Shown: one piece after another, positions 46,673 through 55,504 of the stretch | Layout: the number at the start of each line of letters is the position of its first letter | How positions within the stretch are numbered: position 1 is the first letter of the stretch | Source of the DNA: an uncultured Bacteroidales bacterium | Lineage (GTDB): Bacteria; Bacteroidota; Bacteroidia; Bacteroidales; WCHB1-69 | Direction: 5' to 3' | Length of the DNA stretch: 64,000 nucleotides | NCBI GenBank assembly: GCA_905233745.1 | Contig: CAJODA010000002.1 | Span: 1,916-65,915, forward strand | Translations under genes and position numbers: made by a program | The notes under the pieces: model-generated | Database searches by the model: none | Told to the model about the DNA's origin: nothing | The model's input: only the letters and a program-made list of their open reading frames with translations

Positions 46673-47482
46673 TTACAACACCACTATCTTCAGGCTCTTG
46701 CCAGCTCGTATCATATCTGATTTCAGATTATTCCACTGCTTGAGTTGTTTTACGGTTACATGATATTTCCTGGCAATGGAAGACAATGTCTCTCCCTCTT
46801 TTATTTTATGATACACAACCTTTTGCGTTTGGACAGCCGGCTGGTTTGACGGAGCAGCTCCCGCTTCAGCCTCAGTAGAGACCACCTGCACAGTGTCTGT
46901 TGTCGTCGTATCTTCCGCCAGCGCGGAATGGTCCGCTTCAACTAAAAAAATACGGCCTTCAGCATCACAGTCCACAATACGACGCGCACCCGCATACGTG
47001 GAAGCATACCATCTGCCCGTTGAGCGGTCCAGTCGTACTCCCTTTCCATACGTCGAGGCGTGTATGAATGTGAAATTATGCGCGGAATCCACATCTACCA
47101 CCATACCCGAATGACCGACATACCCTTTCCCACGGTACCAAAAAACCAAATCGCCCTTCCGGATATCATTCTTCTCCACCGCCTTGCCCATCCGAATCTG
47201 GTCGCGTGAACTGCGCCCAAGCTTGACTCCGAACTGTCCGAAAACATAGTACATGAAACCGGAACAGTCAAACGAACGGGGTCCGATACCCCGAGCCCTG
47301 TAGGGGCTTCCCAACTTGGTCTTAGCAAATGCTATAATAGAATCAATCTTTGGGCAAACCTCCCCATTGGCAGCGGATACATCTTCCAGCTCCATTTTCT
47401 TTTCAATTTCTTGTCCAAACCCATTCTGTATGATAAGGATGGACAATATTGTCACAATAATATAACGTATGTTTCTCTTCAT
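46673..47482 (-). CDS. NlpC/P60 (C40) cell-wall peptidase with a C-terminal LysM domain
   Basis: Start reset to MKRNIRYIIVTILSILIIQNGFGQ (signal peptide). The catalytic Cys context is FDCSGFMYYVF and the His context is GHSGMVV. The LysM region reads YHKIKEGETLSSIARKYHVTVKQLKQWNNL. Confidence 0.85.
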   Translation of the reverse strand: MKRNIRYIIVTILSILIIQNGFGQEIEKKMELEDVSAANGEVCPKIDSIIAFAKTKLGSPYRARGIGPRSFDCSGFMYYVFGQFGVKLGRSSRDQIRMGKAVEKNDIRKGDLVFWYRGKGYVGHSGMVVDVDSAHNFTFIHASTYGKGVRLDRSTGRWYASTYAGARRIVDCDAEGRIFLVEADHSALAEDTTTTDTVQVVSTEAEAGAAPSNQPAVQTQKVVYHKIKEGETLSSIARKYHVTVKQLKQWNNLKSDMIRAGKSLKIVVL

Positions 47483-47550
47483 TTTCCTAAAAACGGCAAA
47501 AATAATAAAAAGATAGAAAAATGCGTTAAGAACCCGACCCGAGAATTTTG

Positions 47551-47558
47551 TACATTTG
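47551..47558 (+). promoter_or_regulatory. -7 promoter box TACATTTG for the small lipoprotein gene
   Basis: Matches TAnnTTTG, 18 nt upstream of the ATG at 47577. Confidence 0.55.
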
Positions 47559-47576
47559 CACCCATTTATTACAACA

Positions 47577-47741
47577 ATGAAAAAACACTTTTGGATTTTT
47601 GCTGTATTACTCCTGTTGGGCACCTCCTGCTCCAGGAAAATAATCGGGGCGAGACCGCACCGAAAGGAACGCAACTGTGGATGTGAGTATAAAACCAACC
47701 CTCAACCAGCTGATTCCACGCTGGCCTATCAATCATTCTAA
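47577..47741 (+). CDS. Small (54-aa) basic lipoprotein, unannotated-type micro-ORF
   Basis: MKKHFWIFAVLLLLGTSC (signal plus lipobox) followed by SRKIIGARPHRKERNCGCEYKTNPQPADSTLAYQSF. It has its own -7 box, and its stop codon lies 1 nt before the next ATG. Confidence 0.55.
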   Translation: MKKHFWIFAVLLLLGTSCSRKIIGARPHRKERNCGCEYKTNPQPADSTLAYQSF

Positions 47742-47742
47742 C

Positions 47743-48519
47743 ATGAAAATTCTGAAGAACATACGGATATTTGTCATCCTTATCTTATCTGCCATCCTGA
47801 TTGTTTCCTGCCAGAACAGAAAATCCCTTATCACTATCGAAGGGGATATCGCTGGTGTCAAGGATGATAAACTCGTATTGGCGGTAGTCACCAATGACGG
47901 TCTGGACATACTGGATTCCGTAACCTTGAAAAATGGCCATTTTCGCTTTGAGTTGAAAGCGGACAATGATGCAGCCAAAGCGCGTGCTGCATCGCCTATG
48001 ATGTACCAAATCATGCTTTCACCGTATAACACACTCACCACCATTGCCATGGGCGGCGACCACATCATCATTAAAACCGATGCTGAAAATCTCGTTGACG
48101 ATTATACCGTCAGTGGAGGCGAAGAGGCTGTACTGATGGGACAACTTGACAGTGCACTCAACTCCTTTGTACAACCGGTGGACGCCCTCTATCGAACCTA
48201 CCGAAATAACATTGAAGAAGATTCTGTGAGAGCAAAAATTGAAAAGCAATATATACAACTGCTCGACCATCATAAACAATATCTCGTGAACTTCATTCAG
48301 GAGCATCCGGACAGGCTTGCTTCTTATGTAGCTTTTTATCAAGGATATAATAGAAGAAGTTTCTTCAGCGAGCAAGAGGATAAAGCTCTATTGCGCAAGA
48401 TTACCCAAACTTTAAAAAAACGATATCCGGAGAATCCGTACGTCCAGAATATGCAACGTCGTCTGGAGATGCTGGATTTGATGGAACAGGAAAGGAACAT
48501 TCAACATGATACTCATTAA
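47743..48519 (+). CDS. Lipoprotein with a DUF4369-like N-terminal domain and no attached thioredoxin domain
   Basis: Start reset to MKILKNIRIFVILILSAILIVSC. The block ITIEGDIAGVKDDKLVLAVV...LDSVTLKNGHFRFEL resembles the beta-sandwich that usually precedes TlpA/AhpC-like domains in Bacteroidota. Confidence 0.55.
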   Translation: MKILKNIRIFVILILSAILIVSCQNRKSLITIEGDIAGVKDDKLVLAVVTNDGLDILDSVTLKNGHFRFELKADNDAAKARAASPMMYQIMLSPYNTLTTIAMGGDHIIIKTDAENLVDDYTVSGGEEAVLMGQLDSALNSFVQPVDALYRTYRNNIEEDSVRAKIEKQYIQLLDHHKQYLVNFIQEHPDRLASYVAFYQGYNRRSFFSEQEDKALLRKITQTLKKRYPENPYVQNMQRRLEMLDLMEQERNIQHDTH

Positions 48520-49756
48520 CATCGGCGACGAATTGCTTATCGGGCAGGTCGTCAACACCAATGCCGCTTTTATCGGCCAGCAGATGGCAGCGGCAGGTTT
48601 TGAATTGACAGACGTGGTCACCATCGGTGATGAAGGCGAAGCCATACGGCAAACGGTGACTGCTGCGCTGGGTAAGACAGATATAGTACTGATGACTGGC
48701 GGTTTGGGACCCACCAAAGACGACATCACCAAAAAGATTATATGTGATCTTTTTCATCGTGAGTTAGTTATTGACGAACGCACATTGGAGCATGTCACGG
48801 AAATCTTTGCCTCCCGGGGGATGGCTCTGACGGAGACCAACCGCCAACAGGCGGCCGTGCCGCAAGGAAGCACTGTGCTACCCAACCCGCTGGGCACCGC
48901 CCCGGGGCTCTGGGTTGAGCAGGATGGAAAGTTGCTCATCGCCCTTCCCGGCGTGCCCTTTGAAATGGAAAGACTGATCAAGGAGGAAGTCTTACCTCGT
49001 CTGAAATCAGCCAAACAACAATCACACGCCATCCTGTACAAGGTGCTCCAGTGCACAAACATTTCCGAAAGCGGTCTTTCCGACCTGCTGGAAGAGTATG
49101 AAAAACAACTGCCTCCGGAGCTGAAACTGGCCTATTTGCCCAAACCTGGCATCATCCGTCTGCGGCTCACCGCCCGCGGAGATGATGAAGCAGTCCTCAA
49201 ATCCATGCTGGAAGAACATTTCGCCAAATTACAGCAACTTACCCTTGAGTACGCCTTCACCGATGAGGACATTGAGATTGAAGAGGTGGTGGGCAGACTG
49301 CTGGTGAAAGTCGGCAAGACAATGGCCACAGCAGAGAGTTGCACCGGCGGATATATCTCCCATCTCATCACTTCAGTGCCCGGCAGTTCACGCTATTTCC
49401 AGGGAACACTCGTATCATACAGCAACGACATAAAGCGCGACCTGCTGAATGTGCGCGAGGACAACCTGAAACGCCGGGGCGCCGTGAGCGAACAAGTGGT
49501 CAGCGACATGGCTCTCAACGCCATGGGGCTCTTTGATGTGGATTACACCATCGCCACTTCTGGCATTGCCGGACCCGACGGAGGCACGGAAGAAAAACCC
49601 GTCGGCACTGTATGGATTGCCGTAGCCACGCCCGTACGCCTCACCACCAAGGAGTTCCACTTCGGCAGCCGCACCGGACGCAAACAGATTATTGAACGAG
49701 CCGCCCGCGCCGCACTGAACATGCTCCGCATTGAAATCGAGAAAGACCTGCGGTGA
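48506..49756 (+). CDS. cinA: CinA family competence/damage-inducible protein (NMN amidohydrolase PncC type)
   Basis: N-terminal MoCF-binding domain (IGDELLIGQVVNTNA, TGGLGPTKDD) and C-terminal CinA domain (ATAESCTGG, ATSGIAGPDGG). Confidence 0.9.
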   Translation: MILINIGDELLIGQVVNTNAAFIGQQMAAAGFELTDVVTIGDEGEAIRQTVTAALGKTDIVLMTGGLGPTKDDITKKIICDLFHRELVIDERTLEHVTEIFASRGMALTETNRQQAAVPQGSTVLPNPLGTAPGLWVEQDGKLLIALPGVPFEMERLIKEEVLPRLKSAKQQSHAILYKVLQCTNISESGLSDLLEEYEKQLPPELKLAYLPKPGIIRLRLTARGDDEAVLKSMLEEHFAKLQQLTLEYAFTDEDIEIEEVVGRLLVKVGKTMATAESCTGGYISHLITSVPGSSRYFQGTLVSYSNDIKRDLLNVREDNLKRRGAVSEQVVSDMALNAMGLFDVDYTIATSGIAGPDGGTEEKPVGTVWIAVATPVRLTTKEFHFGSRTGRKQIIERAARAALNMLRIEIEKDLR

Positions 49757-49796
49757 CGAGGAGCGATGAACGATTAATAAATCACCTTGTGCCCCC

Positions 49797-50684
49797 ATGT
49801 CCCCATTAATCCTCCAATTCAAGCAATATCTCCTCTTCGAGAAAGGTCTTTCACCGAAGAGTGTGGAGGCTTATATCCATGATGTGACACTGCTGGAGGA
49901 CTTTCTGAACCACAAGGCGCTGGAAACTGCCACATTGGAAAATCTTCAAAATTTTCTCCGCGATTTGGTGGAAAAGGGGGTCGCCACGCGTTCGCAGGCT
50001 CGCATTGTTTCCGGCGTCCGGGCCTTCTATCGTTTTTTGCTGTACGATGGAACCATAAAGGACGACCCTACCCTGTTGTTGGATGCACCCAAAATCGGGT
50101 TGCACTTACCCGATGTGCTTTCGGTTCCGGAGATAGAGGCTCTTATCTCCGTTATTGACTTAAGTACACCCGAGGGGCACCGCAACCGCGCCCTCGTGGA
50201 GGTGATGTACGGCTGTGGGCTCCGAGTGAGCGAAGTGGTAACCCTTCGTCTCTCCCACCTGTTCTTTAAAGAGGGTTTTATCAAGGTGCTGGGAAAAGGC
50301 AGCAAAGAGCGATATGTTCCTATTGGCGACATGGCAAAAAAAATGGTGAGCTTATACGTGGATGGCGCACGAAAAAAGGTGAAAATAAAGAAAGGCGAGG
50401 AGGATTATCTCTTTTTAAACCGAAGAGGCAGTCATCTTTCCCGAGAAATGGTGTTCATGTTGGTAAAAAAATGGGCTGCGGAGGCTGGTATCACCAAATC
50501 GATCAGCCCGCACACTTTTCGCCACTCATTTGCCACCCATCTGGTAGAGGGTGGTGCCGACTTGCGCGCCGTTCAACAGATGCTGGGACATGAAAGCATC
50601 ACCACAACTGAAATATACACTCACCTTGACAAGGATTACATCCGTAGCAATATCGCACAATTTCACCCGCGATACAGGAACTGA
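49797..50684 (+). CDS. xerD: Site-specific tyrosine recombinase XerD
   Basis: 295 aa with an N-terminal SAM-like domain, and catalytic residues within GLRVSE, HTFRHSFATHL and GHESITTTEIYTH. Confidence 0.8.
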   Translation: MSPLILQFKQYLLFEKGLSPKSVEAYIHDVTLLEDFLNHKALETATLENLQNFLRDLVEKGVATRSQARIVSGVRAFYRFLLYDGTIKDDPTLLLDAPKIGLHLPDVLSVPEIEALISVIDLSTPEGHRNRALVEVMYGCGLRVSEVVTLRLSHLFFKEGFIKVLGKGSKERYVPIGDMAKKMVSLYVDGARKKVKIKKGEEDYLFLNRRGSHLSREMVFMLVKKWAAEAGITKSISPHTFRHSFATHLVEGGADLRAVQQMLGHESITTTEIYTHLDKDYIRSNIAQFHPRYRN

Positions 50685-50696
50685 TTTCAAACCCGA

Positions 50697-52226
50697 TTAT
50701 TTTCTTTTCCGTACAAAGCCTATTGTTTTATCAATAAGCTTGTTCACATCGTCTGAAACATGCCAGGCGTAAACCAACACAATACCTGTTCCCAACATAA
50801 CGAGGCTTCTGAATGTGCCTTCCAGAATGGCCATTAAAAGAGAATGGGAGGAAATCTGAAGTATGTGCGGGGTCAGCGTTTTGAAAAATAGCATGTTTAG
50901 TCCAAACATAAAGAATATGATCAAGACCACTTTCAACTGCGCCTTGGAAAACAGAGAAATGTTCAGTTTCCATTTGAGCAGAAACAGAAGAAAAAGATAA
51001 TACACAAAATTGGCAAGAAGGTTCGCGAAGGCCGCACCATTCATCCCCCATTTGGGGATAAGCAAGATATTCAACACAATGATAGATACTGTCAGAAGCA
51101 AAGTGAACACCAAGGTCATGTAGTAATATTTGGAATAGGTAAGCGCACTGGCACTGATGCTGAAAGTAGAACTCAACAACCGTGATGTTCCCAATATAAA
51201 AATCACGCTTATGCCTGTAACATAATCCTTACCATTCCGCAGAATCATAAACAACAAGTCAACATTTATGCAAATCAAGAAAAAGATAAAAGTGCTGGAA
51301 AGCAGCAGATGAAGGGACACTGACTTGCAAAGATTTTCCGCTCTATCCCATTCCTTATTCTTCACCGCTTCAGAAAGGTTGGGCTGGACAATAGCATTCA
51401 ATGAGCGGTTCGGAATTTCCACCACTGCTGAAATATAGTTGGCTATAGCGAAAATTCCGGTGAAGGCCAATCCCATCTGTGCCGTCACGAAAAACGAGCT
51501 CAGTAAAGGTGTGACGGTTCCGGCAATGGCAGCCATGACGAGGAATATCGTATAAAACAGAAAGTCCCTGCGCAACGGCTTCGTAATGAACTTGAAATCG
51601 GGTTTCAGAGATATCTTCTGCAGGGTGAACAAATAGATGATATCGACCAGTGCAGCAAGGAAATATGTTATACAGAATCCTATAACCAGTCCATCCAAAT
51701 TGATAAGGTGATGACCATACAGAATATAAATGACCAGTAATCCCACACGCACGCCAACTTCACGTACAAACTTGGGAACCACTATCCTCATCAAAACATT
51801 GGCATTCGCTTCGAAAACATACTGATACAGCATGAACAAAGCCAATGGTATCACATAGTGAAAATAGTTTACAAATAGCGACGAATTTTCCGAAAAAGCT
51901 TGGACAATAGTATTTTTAAAAAGCAGATAAACTGCGGAAAATATTAAAAAACCCAAGAATGGAACTACAATGGTAAAGAAGAAGAATCCATGGTGCTTGT
52001 TCTCCTCATCCTTAAAATAGGGGAAAAAACGGAGTATGGAAGCGCCTGTACCAAGTTGTGACAGGCTTGCAAGAAGTGTACCGGCATCTATGAGAACGCG
52101 GGTAAGTCCTACCTCCTCCTGGGATAAATAACTGGTAATAACAAAAAAGGTGGTGATAAAGCCAATGGCAACACCTATATAGTTGACTATAGTTCCCTTA
52201 ATGCTCTGCTTAATAATAATACCCAT
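50697..52226 (-). CDS. Polysaccharide/oligosaccharide flippase family membrane protein (MOP/Wzx-like)
   Basis: 509 aa with about 14 hydrophobic segments, and the typical N-terminus IKQSIKGTIVNYIGVAIGFITTFF. Confidence 0.75.
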   Translation of the reverse strand: MGIIIKQSIKGTIVNYIGVAIGFITTFFVITSYLSQEEVGLTRVLIDAGTLLASLSQLGTGASILRFFPYFKDEENKHHGFFFFTIVVPFLGFLIFSAVYLLFKNTIVQAFSENSSLFVNYFHYVIPLALFMLYQYVFEANANVLMRIVVPKFVREVGVRVGLLVIYILYGHHLINLDGLVIGFCITYFLAALVDIIYLFTLQKISLKPDFKFITKPLRRDFLFYTIFLVMAAIAGTVTPLLSSFFVTAQMGLAFTGIFAIANYISAVVEIPNRSLNAIVQPNLSEAVKNKEWDRAENLCKSVSLHLLLSSTFIFFLICINVDLLFMILRNGKDYVTGISVIFILGTSRLLSSTFSISASALTYSKYYYMTLVFTLLLTVSIIVLNILLIPKWGMNGAAFANLLANFVYYLFLLFLLKWKLNISLFSKAQLKVVLIIFFMFGLNMLFFKTLTPHILQISSHSLLMAILEGTFRSLVMLGTGIVLVYAWHVSDDVNKLIDKTIGFVRKRK

Positions 52227-52246
52227 ACCTATTGAATAATAGCGCG

Positions 52247-52254
52247 CAAATGTA
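52247..52254 (-). promoter_or_regulatory. -7 promoter box (TACATTTG on the minus strand) for the flippase gene
   Basis: The reverse complement of caaatgta matches TAnnTTTG, 20 nt upstream of the ATG at 52226. Confidence 0.55.
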
Positions 52255-52265
52255 CTAATTTTTCG

Positions 52266-52273
52266 TACTTTTG
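52266..52273 (+). promoter_or_regulatory. -7 promoter box TACTTTTG
   Basis: Matches TAnnTTTG, 17 nt upstream of the ATG at 52291. Confidence 0.6.
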
Positions 52274-52290
52274 CACCCCATAATTTTTAA

Positions 52291-53376
52291 ATGATGAAAA
52301 AGAATCGCATTTATATTATCTCCACCATCCTTCTTCTCTTAATCTGTTTGGTGATCATCCTTTTTAAGACCGGCGTGTTCCATACCGCCAACAGCGTTCC
52401 AAAATCCGACATTTTCGCTGTTAAGGACACCTCAGCGATTACCAGAATTTTTATTGCTGACATGAACGGCGAATATGTGCTGTTAAGCCGCCGCGATGGT
52501 GAATGGTACGTGCAGGACTCCATCCTTGCCCAAACCCCAAAAATCAAAGATCTGCTGGGTATCATCCATAATGTGACCTTACAACAAACTGTGGCCAAGA
52601 CTGCCCAATCCAACATCAACAAAATGATGTCGGTAAATGCCATCAAGGTGGAAATCTATCAGAAAGCCCCGAAATTCACACTGTTTGGAATCAAGTTTTT
52701 CAACAAGGAAAGAAAGACCAAGACCTATTACATGGGCCCTGCCACCATGGATAATATGGCTAATTTTGCCATTCTGGAAGGCTATGACGAACCTTGCATT
52801 GTTTACATTCCCGGTTTCAGAGGATTCATCACCCCGTTTTTCTCTTTCCGACCCATCGATTGGTACAACTGCGACCTGTTCAGCACCAAAATCACCCGTA
52901 TCAAGACACTGACCGTGCAAGACTTTGAAAACCCCGAAGAATCCTTCATCGTTGAAAAATCCGGCCCCCGCTTCTTCAGCCTTTTCAACGGGCAACACCA
53001 ACCCATTTTGGACTATGACACCATTAAGCTCCTGGATATGCTCTCAGAATACCGGGACCTCAACTATGAACAATACATCTCTTCCATGAACCAGTCGACC
53101 AAAGACTCCGTTCTACAATTCAACAAGTTCAAAACCATCACTTTGGTAGATGTAAACGGGCAGGAAACCCGCCTGGACATGTACCGCAAACTGGAACCTG
53201 ACGCAATGTATCTGGACGCAATAATAGGCATGGAGGATTCTGACAGCGATCTGCCATACAATCGGGATAAGTTCTATGCAATATTAAACGGACACACTAA
53301 AGATATGCTGCAATGTCAATATTATCATTTTGACAGAGTTAACCAGCCTCTTTCTTATTTTCTGAAAAAGCAATAA
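52291..53376 (+). CDS. Membrane-anchored hypothetical protein (DUF4340-like)
   Basis: N-terminal TM anchor MMKKNRIYIISTILLLLICLVIILF. The periplasmic part has the F.V.D...I..I.I......L.....G.W pattern that I associate with DUF4340. Confidence 0.5.
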   Translation: MMKKNRIYIISTILLLLICLVIILFKTGVFHTANSVPKSDIFAVKDTSAITRIFIADMNGEYVLLSRRDGEWYVQDSILAQTPKIKDLLGIIHNVTLQQTVAKTAQSNINKMMSVNAIKVEIYQKAPKFTLFGIKFFNKERKTKTYYMGPATMDNMANFAILEGYDEPCIVYIPGFRGFITPFFSFRPIDWYNCDLFSTKITRIKTLTVQDFENPEESFIVEKSGPRFFSLFNGQHQPILDYDTIKLLDMLSEYRDLNYEQYISSMNQSTKDSVLQFNKFKTITLVDVNGQETRLDMYRKLEPDAMYLDAIIGMEDSDSDLPYNRDKFYAILNGHTKDMLQCQYYHFDRVNQPLSYFLKKQ

Positions 53377-53383
53377 TCTATTC

Positions 53384-54352
53384 ATGACGGAAGATGAAAA
53401 ATACATGCACCGGTGCCTGCAATTGGCAGAATCAGGTTTGGGCAAAGTCCAGCCCAACCCCATGGTAGGTGCGGTTATTGTTCATCAACATCAGGTAATA
53501 GGAGAGGGTTATCATCACGAATATGGCCAGCCCCATGCAGAAGTCAATGCCATCGCCTCGGTGCAAAACCCCTCACTACTCACTGAATCCACACTTTATG
53601 TTTCTTTAGAGCCCTGCTCCCACTTTGGCAAAACCCCACCCTGCGCCGACGCTATTATTCAACACGGTATTCCCAAAGTAGTCATTGGCACCACCGACCC
53701 CCATGACAAAGTTAACGGTCACGGCATCCAAAAACTTCTCAATGCCGGTGTTGAGGTTGTGCAACACGTGTGTGAACAAGAATGCCGCGAACTAAACAAG
53801 CGCTTCTTCACCTACCATCTTCACCACCGCCCCTATATCATCCTCAAATGGGCGCAGACCGCCGATGGCTACATGGACATTGACAGGAGTAACTCCGCAG
53901 AAATCGAGGATTATTGGATAACCAACCCGGCACTTAAGGTCATTGTCCACAAATGGCGCAGTGAAGAAGATGCCATATTGGTGGGCTACAACACCGTGGT
54001 GAACGACAAACCGCAACTAACCAACCGGCTCTACCCGGGGAAAAGTCCCAAACGCTACGTGATGTGCCATGGGAATCCAAACATTGACCTTAGTTATTAT
54101 AACCCCTTGTCCATGGATCTTTCCGCCGCAATGGATAGCCTCTATACCGAGCGTGTACAATCTGTCATAGTTGAGGGGGGACGAAAGACACTGGACAGAT
54201 TCATAGCAGCGGGTTTATGGGATGAAGCACGCATCCTGACAGGGGCACAGTCATGGGGTAAGGGCACAAAAGCCCCCACCCTGTCCGAGCACCCGCATCT
54301 TGTCCGACACATTGACGATAATCAAATTCTCTATGTTCGAAGACACCTATAA
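53384..54352 (+). CDS. ribD: Bifunctional riboflavin biosynthesis deaminase/reductase
   Basis: Deaminase motifs HAEVNAI and EPCSHFGKTPPCADAI, followed by a reductase domain (KWAQTADGY, VEGGRKTL). Confidence 0.9.
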   Translation: MTEDEKYMHRCLQLAESGLGKVQPNPMVGAVIVHQHQVIGEGYHHEYGQPHAEVNAIASVQNPSLLTESTLYVSLEPCSHFGKTPPCADAIIQHGIPKVVIGTTDPHDKVNGHGIQKLLNAGVEVVQHVCEQECRELNKRFFTYHLHHRPYIILKWAQTADGYMDIDRSNSAEIEDYWITNPALKVIVHKWRSEEDAILVGYNTVVNDKPQLTNRLYPGKSPKRYVMCHGNPNIDLSYYNPLSMDLSAAMDSLYTERVQSVIVEGGRKTLDRFIAAGLWDEARILTGAQSWGKGTKAPTLSEHPHLVRHIDDNQILYVRRHL

Positions 54353-54932
54353 AACCATATCGGCACCCGCCACCGGAAGCTATAGCGAAAAAAGAAGCAA
54401 GTTTCTGGCTTATGCGTTTCCAGTAAAGACAGAGACGCAGGTAAAAGAGCGTCTCACTGAGATTCAAAAAAAGCACAATGACGCCCGGCATCATTGCTAC
54501 GCCTACATTCTGGGGCCAAATAAAGATGCGTACAGGATGAATGATAACGGGGAGCCCTCCGGAACAGCGGGAAGACCCATTCACGGCCAACTGTTGTCAA
54601 AAGATCTGACCGACACCCTGGTAATTGTTGTGCGCTACTTTGGTGGCATAAAATTAGGCGTGAGCGGTCTTCAAAATGCTTACAAGATAGCGGCGAAAGA
54701 GGCGTTGGATGCAGCCAACATTGTGGAGAAAACCATTGACGAGACTTACGAAGTGGTATTCGATTATTTGCAGATGAACAGCGTCATGCAGTTGATGAAG
54801 GATCCCTACGTTACTATTATCAGCCAGCAAAGCGACATGAATTGTACCATTCGGTTTTCCGTGCGCCGGCGCGAAGCCGATCGTATTGTGACGGCCCTGA
54901 AAAAAGTGGGAGAGGTGAAGTACTGTTGCTAA
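54333..54932 (+). CDS. yigZ: IMPACT/YigZ family protein
   Basis: Start reset to MFEDTYKTI. Motifs SKFLAYAFPV, HHCYAY, NGEPSGTAGRPI and VVRYFGGIKLG are present. It overlaps the ribD end by 20 nt. Confidence 0.85.
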   Translation: MFEDTYKTISAPATGSYSEKRSKFLAYAFPVKTETQVKERLTEIQKKHNDARHHCYAYILGPNKDAYRMNDNGEPSGTAGRPIHGQLLSKDLTDTLVIVVRYFGGIKLGVSGLQNAYKIAAKEALDAANIVEKTIDETYEVVFDYLQMNSVMQLMKDPYVTIISQQSDMNCTIRFSVRRREADRIVTALKKVGEVKYCC

Positions 54933-55492
54933 AAATCTATCGCCACCATCTCCCCGTGAGGGTGGAAGATAGTGTACTTGCTGAAACGCTCATCCGCCTC
55001 AAAGCCATCACCATAGTTCACAGACCCGTCCGCCTTTTTCTGCTTTACCAACTCTTTAGAAAAGATAATCCTCTTGCGCTGATCCCAGATTATCTCCTCC
55101 GTTTCCAATGTGTCTCCCTTGATAACATCCACAATCACCACATTGTCCGATGCCTTATACATGTTATTGTTGATATTGCAGGCATACTTTGCCGTGAGAA
55201 TTGCCTGCATCCGTCCGTATTCCGTGTAGGAGATAGCGGTTATGCCCTCCGGACAGTCTGTATAAGTTGAATCGGTACGATATGTGTTAAACATGGGAGC
55301 CCTCACCACAAAGCTCACCACCCCGGAGTCACTGACTATCAGCTCCATATTCTCCGCTGACTCATCAGGAAACTTGCCTTTGTATTCCAAAAGCCCAGTG
55401 TTTTTATCTTTATGGTTACAGGAAACAAAAAACATCATAAGGCACAAGGCCATTATGATGTTTTTTGCTCGGCAAGTCTTTAAGACAGACAT
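54929..55492 (-). CDS. lptC: LPS export system periplasmic protein LptC (OstA-like fold)
   Basis: Lipoprotein-type signal ...CLMMFFVSC. The size and the pattern of a Bacteroidota LptC are present (ENMELIVSDSG...F....PM........Y..CP.GI....Y......A.L.A.YA......M..A..NVV). It is last in the coaX-OMP-TPR-lptC string. Confidence 0.65.
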   Translation of the reverse strand: MSVLKTCRAKNIIMALCLMMFFVSCNHKDKNTGLLEYKGKFPDESAENMELIVSDSGVVSFVVRAPMFNTYRTDSTYTDCPEGITAISYTEYGRMQAILTAKYACNINNNMYKASDNVVIVDVIKGDTLETEEIIWDQRKRIIFSKELVKQKKADGSVNYGDGFEADERFSKYTIFHPHGEMVAIDF

Positions 55493-55504
55493 ATTGATAT
55501 GATA

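Noticed and set aside
49797-50684. The tyrosine recombinase as a marker of an integrated mobile element.
   Set aside because: Its size and motifs fit chromosomal XerD. It is flanked by cinA and a flippase gene. I see no adjacent tRNA, direct repeats, excisionase, transfer genes or phage genes.
53377-53383. An FMN riboswitch upstream of ribD.
   Set aside because: Only 7 nt separate ribD from the preceding gene, so there is no room for a riboswitch. ribD is probably co-transcribed with that gene.
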